Shown: piece by piece, positions 61,373 to 64,000 of the stretch
Position numbering within the stretch: position 1 is the stretch's first letter
Layout: each line of letters begins with the position of its first letter
Assembly: GCA_017847875.1 (NCBI GenBank)
Contig: JAGASN010000009.1
Location: 41,604-105,603, forward strand
Source of the DNA: Oscillospiraceae bacterium
Lineage (GTDB): Bacteria; Bacillota; Clostridia; Oscillospirales; Ruminococcaceae
Direction: 5' to 3'
Length of the DNA stretch: 64,000 bases
Notes under the pieces: model-generated
Told to the model about the DNA's origin: nothing
The model's input: the letters and a program-made list of their open reading frames with translations, nothing else
Database searches by the model: none
Translations under genes and position numbers: made by a program

Positions 61373-62308
61373 ATGAGCGAACTTGAATTTAAACATATTT
61401 CCGTAATGCTCAATGAATGTATCGAACAGCTTAATATAAAACCCGACGGAATATACGTTGACGGAACAGCCGGCGGAGCCGGACATTCTTCCGAAATTGC
61501 AAAACGCCTTACAACCGGAAAACTTATCGCGCTGGATAAGGATCCGGATGCAATAAAAACCGCAAGAGAACGCCTTGCAAAATACCCTTGCGCCGAGGTC
61601 ATCCGTTCCGATTTTGCCGAGATTCCCGCAGTTCTCGACAGACTCGGAATAGATAAAGTGGATGGAGTCCTGCTGGACCTCGGCGTAAGCTCCCACCAGC
61701 TCGATGCGACGGAAAGAGGATTCAGCTATCATAACGAAGCACCTCTTGATATGCGCATGAGCCAGGAAGGGACTTCCGCTTATGATATTGTAAACACTTT
61801 CAGCGGAGCCCAGCTTGCGAAAATTCTTTACGATTACGGCGAAGAAAAATTCACCCCGAGAATCGTAAACGCAATTCTTGACGCAAGAGCGGTTAAACCC
61901 ATTGAAACCACAACGGAACTTGCCGAAATTATAAAAAACGCCTATCCCGCCGCCGCAAGAAGAAACGGCGGACACCCGGCGCGCCAGAGTTTTCAAGCTC
62001 TGAGAATATCCGTAAATGGGGAACTTGATCGGCTTGCGGAAGCTCTTGACAGAGTTTTTGAAAGGCTTGCTCCCGGCGGAAGATTCGCGATAATAACCTT
62101 CCATTCCCTTGAGGACAGAATGGTCAAAAGAGCCTTTGCGGAATATACAAAAGGCTGTACCTGCCCTCCGGAATTTCCGGTTTGCGTTTGCGGAAAAACC
62201 CCAAGAGGAAAACTTACAACAAGAAAACCGATCGAAGCCACAAAAGAGGAACTTGAATATAACCACAGAAGCCGAAGCGCAAAGCTCAGGGTTATTGAAA
62301 AACTTTAA
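61373..62308 (+). CDS. rsmH: 16S rRNA (cytosine1402-N4)-methyltransferase
   Basis: HISVMLNECIE, YVDGTAGGAGHS, LLDLGVSSHQLD, ITFHSLEDRMVK. ATG 61373 is preferred over the track start 61256. Confidence 0.94.
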   Translation: MSELEFKHISVMLNECIEQLNIKPDGIYVDGTAGGAGHSSEIAKRLTTGKLIALDKDPDAIKTARERLAKYPCAEVIRSDFAEIPAVLDRLGIDKVDGVLLDLGVSSHQLDATERGFSYHNEAPLDMRMSQEGTSAYDIVNTFSGAQLAKILYDYGEEKFTPRIVNAILDARAVKPIETTTELAEIIKNAYPAAARRNGGHPARQSFQALRISVNGELDRLAEALDRVFERLAPGGRFAIITFHSLEDRMVKRAFAEYTKGCTCPPEFPVCVCGKTPRGKLTTRKPIEATKEELEYNHRSRSAKLRVIEKL

Positions 62309-62351
62309 AAATTGTTTGAGGAACTGATAAAAAAGAGGGGAGTAAGGACTT

Positions 62352-62834
62352 TTGACCGAGGTTGCTTATAATCTTGAAAATTTTGCGGCAAAAACAGCCG
62401 AACAACAGGATAAAGAGCTTAAAACCAGTTCATTAAGAATGATTAAAAACCGCCGCAAAGCAAAAGTTGTTGCTCCGGTTAAAATAATTCTTGCAAGCGT
62501 TATGGCGCTTGTTATTTCCGTAATTATGATTTACAGCCAGGTCGTTCTTACCGAACTCACCAGCGAAGTAAGTTTTTACGAAAACCAGATAGTCGAGCTT
62601 GATACCGAATACGTAAGACTCCAGGGTGAACTTGAGGCAATAACCTCAATCAAAACCCTTGAGGAAGCGGCGGAAACAAAGCTTGGACTTGCAAAAATCG
62701 ATTCCAGCCAGGTTGAATATGTAAGCCTTACCGGAACCGATGAAATTTCTGTTGCCCATACCGGCGGAAAATATCTTATTAAAGAAAACTGGGACAGATT
62801 TGTGAATTTTATTGCGGAATACTTGCCGTTCTGA
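62352..62834 (+). CDS. ftsL: cell division protein FtsL-like
   Basis: 160 aa. Basic N-terminus, a single TM (IILASVMALVISVIMIYSQVVL) and a coiled coil. Sits between rsmH and the PBP gene. Confidence 0.65.
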   Translation: MTEVAYNLENFAAKTAEQQDKELKTSSLRMIKNRRKAKVVAPVKIILASVMALVISVIMIYSQVVLTELTSEVSFYENQIVELDTEYVRLQGELEAITSIKTLEEAAETKLGLAKIDSSQVEYVSLTGTDEISVAHTGGKYLIKENWDRFVNFIAEYLPF

Positions 62835-62953
62835 AATAATAATATGTCTGTGTGGCGCCGCTGTGTTTTGTCATAAAGCGGCGCTGTCTTCATAATTGGG
62901 GATATGCCCGAAAAAAGCAAAAAACTTGGTGAAAGGAGAAAATTGTGAAGAAA

Positions 62954-64000
62954 AATGAGTAAATCACCGAGTGCAATTATAAAAATGAGAATTTTTGCCG
63001 CCTGTGCGGTGGCACTTTTGGGCTTTGCGGTCCTTATCGGACGCCTTTTTTATATCCAGATAATCGAAACCGAGGAATATCAGCGCCAGGCCGCCGAAAC
63101 CCAGCTTGAGGTTACGGAAATTGCCGCAAACCGCGGTTCAATTTATGATTCCAACGGAAACAAACTTGCAATGAGCACCACCGCATGGACCATTTGCGTT
63201 GCTCCGAACAATATCAAAACCGAAACGGATAAGGAACTTATAATTTCCGGCCTTTCGGAAATTCTCGGAGTAAGCGAAAGCTATCTCCGTGAAAAATGCG
63301 AACGCGACACCCTTTATGCCGCAATCAAAGCGAGAGTTGATAAAGCGGTTGTGGAAGAAGTTACCGCCTTTGCAACAAACAACGGCGTTTCAAGATGTAT
63401 TTTTGTTGAGGAAGACGTTTCGCGAAAATATCCTTACGAAAATTTTGCCGCTTCCGTAATCGGTTTTGTAAACTCCGACTACGTCGGTTCCTATGGTCTT
63501 GAATCCTATTATGACGAAATTTTAAGCGGCACCCCCGGAAAACTTATTTCCGCACAGGATTCCTGGGGACAGAAAATGCCCTTTGAATATGATGAACTTT
63601 ATTCTTCCGAGGACGGCAACAGCATTGTTACCACCATTGATGAAGGTATCCAGTATTTTGTCGAAAAGCACCTTGAACTTGCAGTCAAGGAGCACAGCGT
63701 TCAAAAACGCGGCGCCTGCATTGCAATGGACCCCAACACCGGAAAAATCCTTGCAATGGCAACAAAAGGGGATTTTGACCCCAACAGCTACACCACCCTT
63801 CCGGATTCCGTAAAAGAAGAAATTGAAAAACTTCCGGAAGATGAACAGGGCGCAGCAACCACCCAGGCGCAATATGATATGTGGCGAAACAAAGCTGTTT
63901 CAGACCCTTATGAGCCCGGTTCTGTTTTCAAAATCATAACCCTTGCGGCGGCTTTGGACAGCAACACAACCACCCTCGGCGATCATTTTACCTGCATAGG
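62954..64000 (+). CDS. class B penicillin-binding protein (FtsI/SpoVD type), 5' part that runs off the window
   Basis: The frame is open from ATG 62954 to the window end (349 codons), which is why it is absent from the ORF track. Signal anchor IFAACAVALLGFAVLIG, PBP dimer domain RGSIYDSNGNKLA, and active-site SVFK (SxxK) near 63920. Confidence 0.88.

Overview
The window looks like chromosome from a spore-forming Clostridia-type Firmicute, judged from yabP-yabQ-divIC-yabR, an L27 propeptide with Prp, Mini-III and strong AGGAGG ribosome-binding sites. Most of it is housekeeping: pcrA, lgt, folD, obg, rplU-prp-rpmA, rpsF-ssb-rpsR, prfB, a DnaD/DnaC-like loader pair, tRNA-Gly(GCC), ylxM-ffh-rpsP-rimM-trmD, ptsH, uvrC, rsmD-coaD and the start of the dcw cluster (mraZ-rsmH-ftsL-PBP). 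Two things stand out. (1) An insulated 13.8-kb, 17-gene ethanolamine-utilisation (Eut) bacterial microcompartment operon lies at 37.4-51.2 kb. It has six shell genes, one of them a BMC-H fused to a Rho_N/SAP-like tail. It also has EutABC, EutE, a EutT-type adenosyltransferase, PduL, EutJ, EutH, EutQ and an uncharacterised three-part protein. No EutVW or EutR regulator and no EutG is visible. (2) A dispersed family of hairpin-rich repeats has one full member, a DUF559 endonuclease ORF bounded by perfect 22-bp inverted repeats (3615-4070). Its other five copies are ORF-less or single-end derivatives in intergenic gaps. Also present are a BlaI/BlaR1-type pair with a non-PBP repeated sensor domain and several consensus sigma-A promoters. 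The many long antisense ORFs I regard as codon-bias artefacts. All protein-family calls rest on motif recognition by eye, with no database search.
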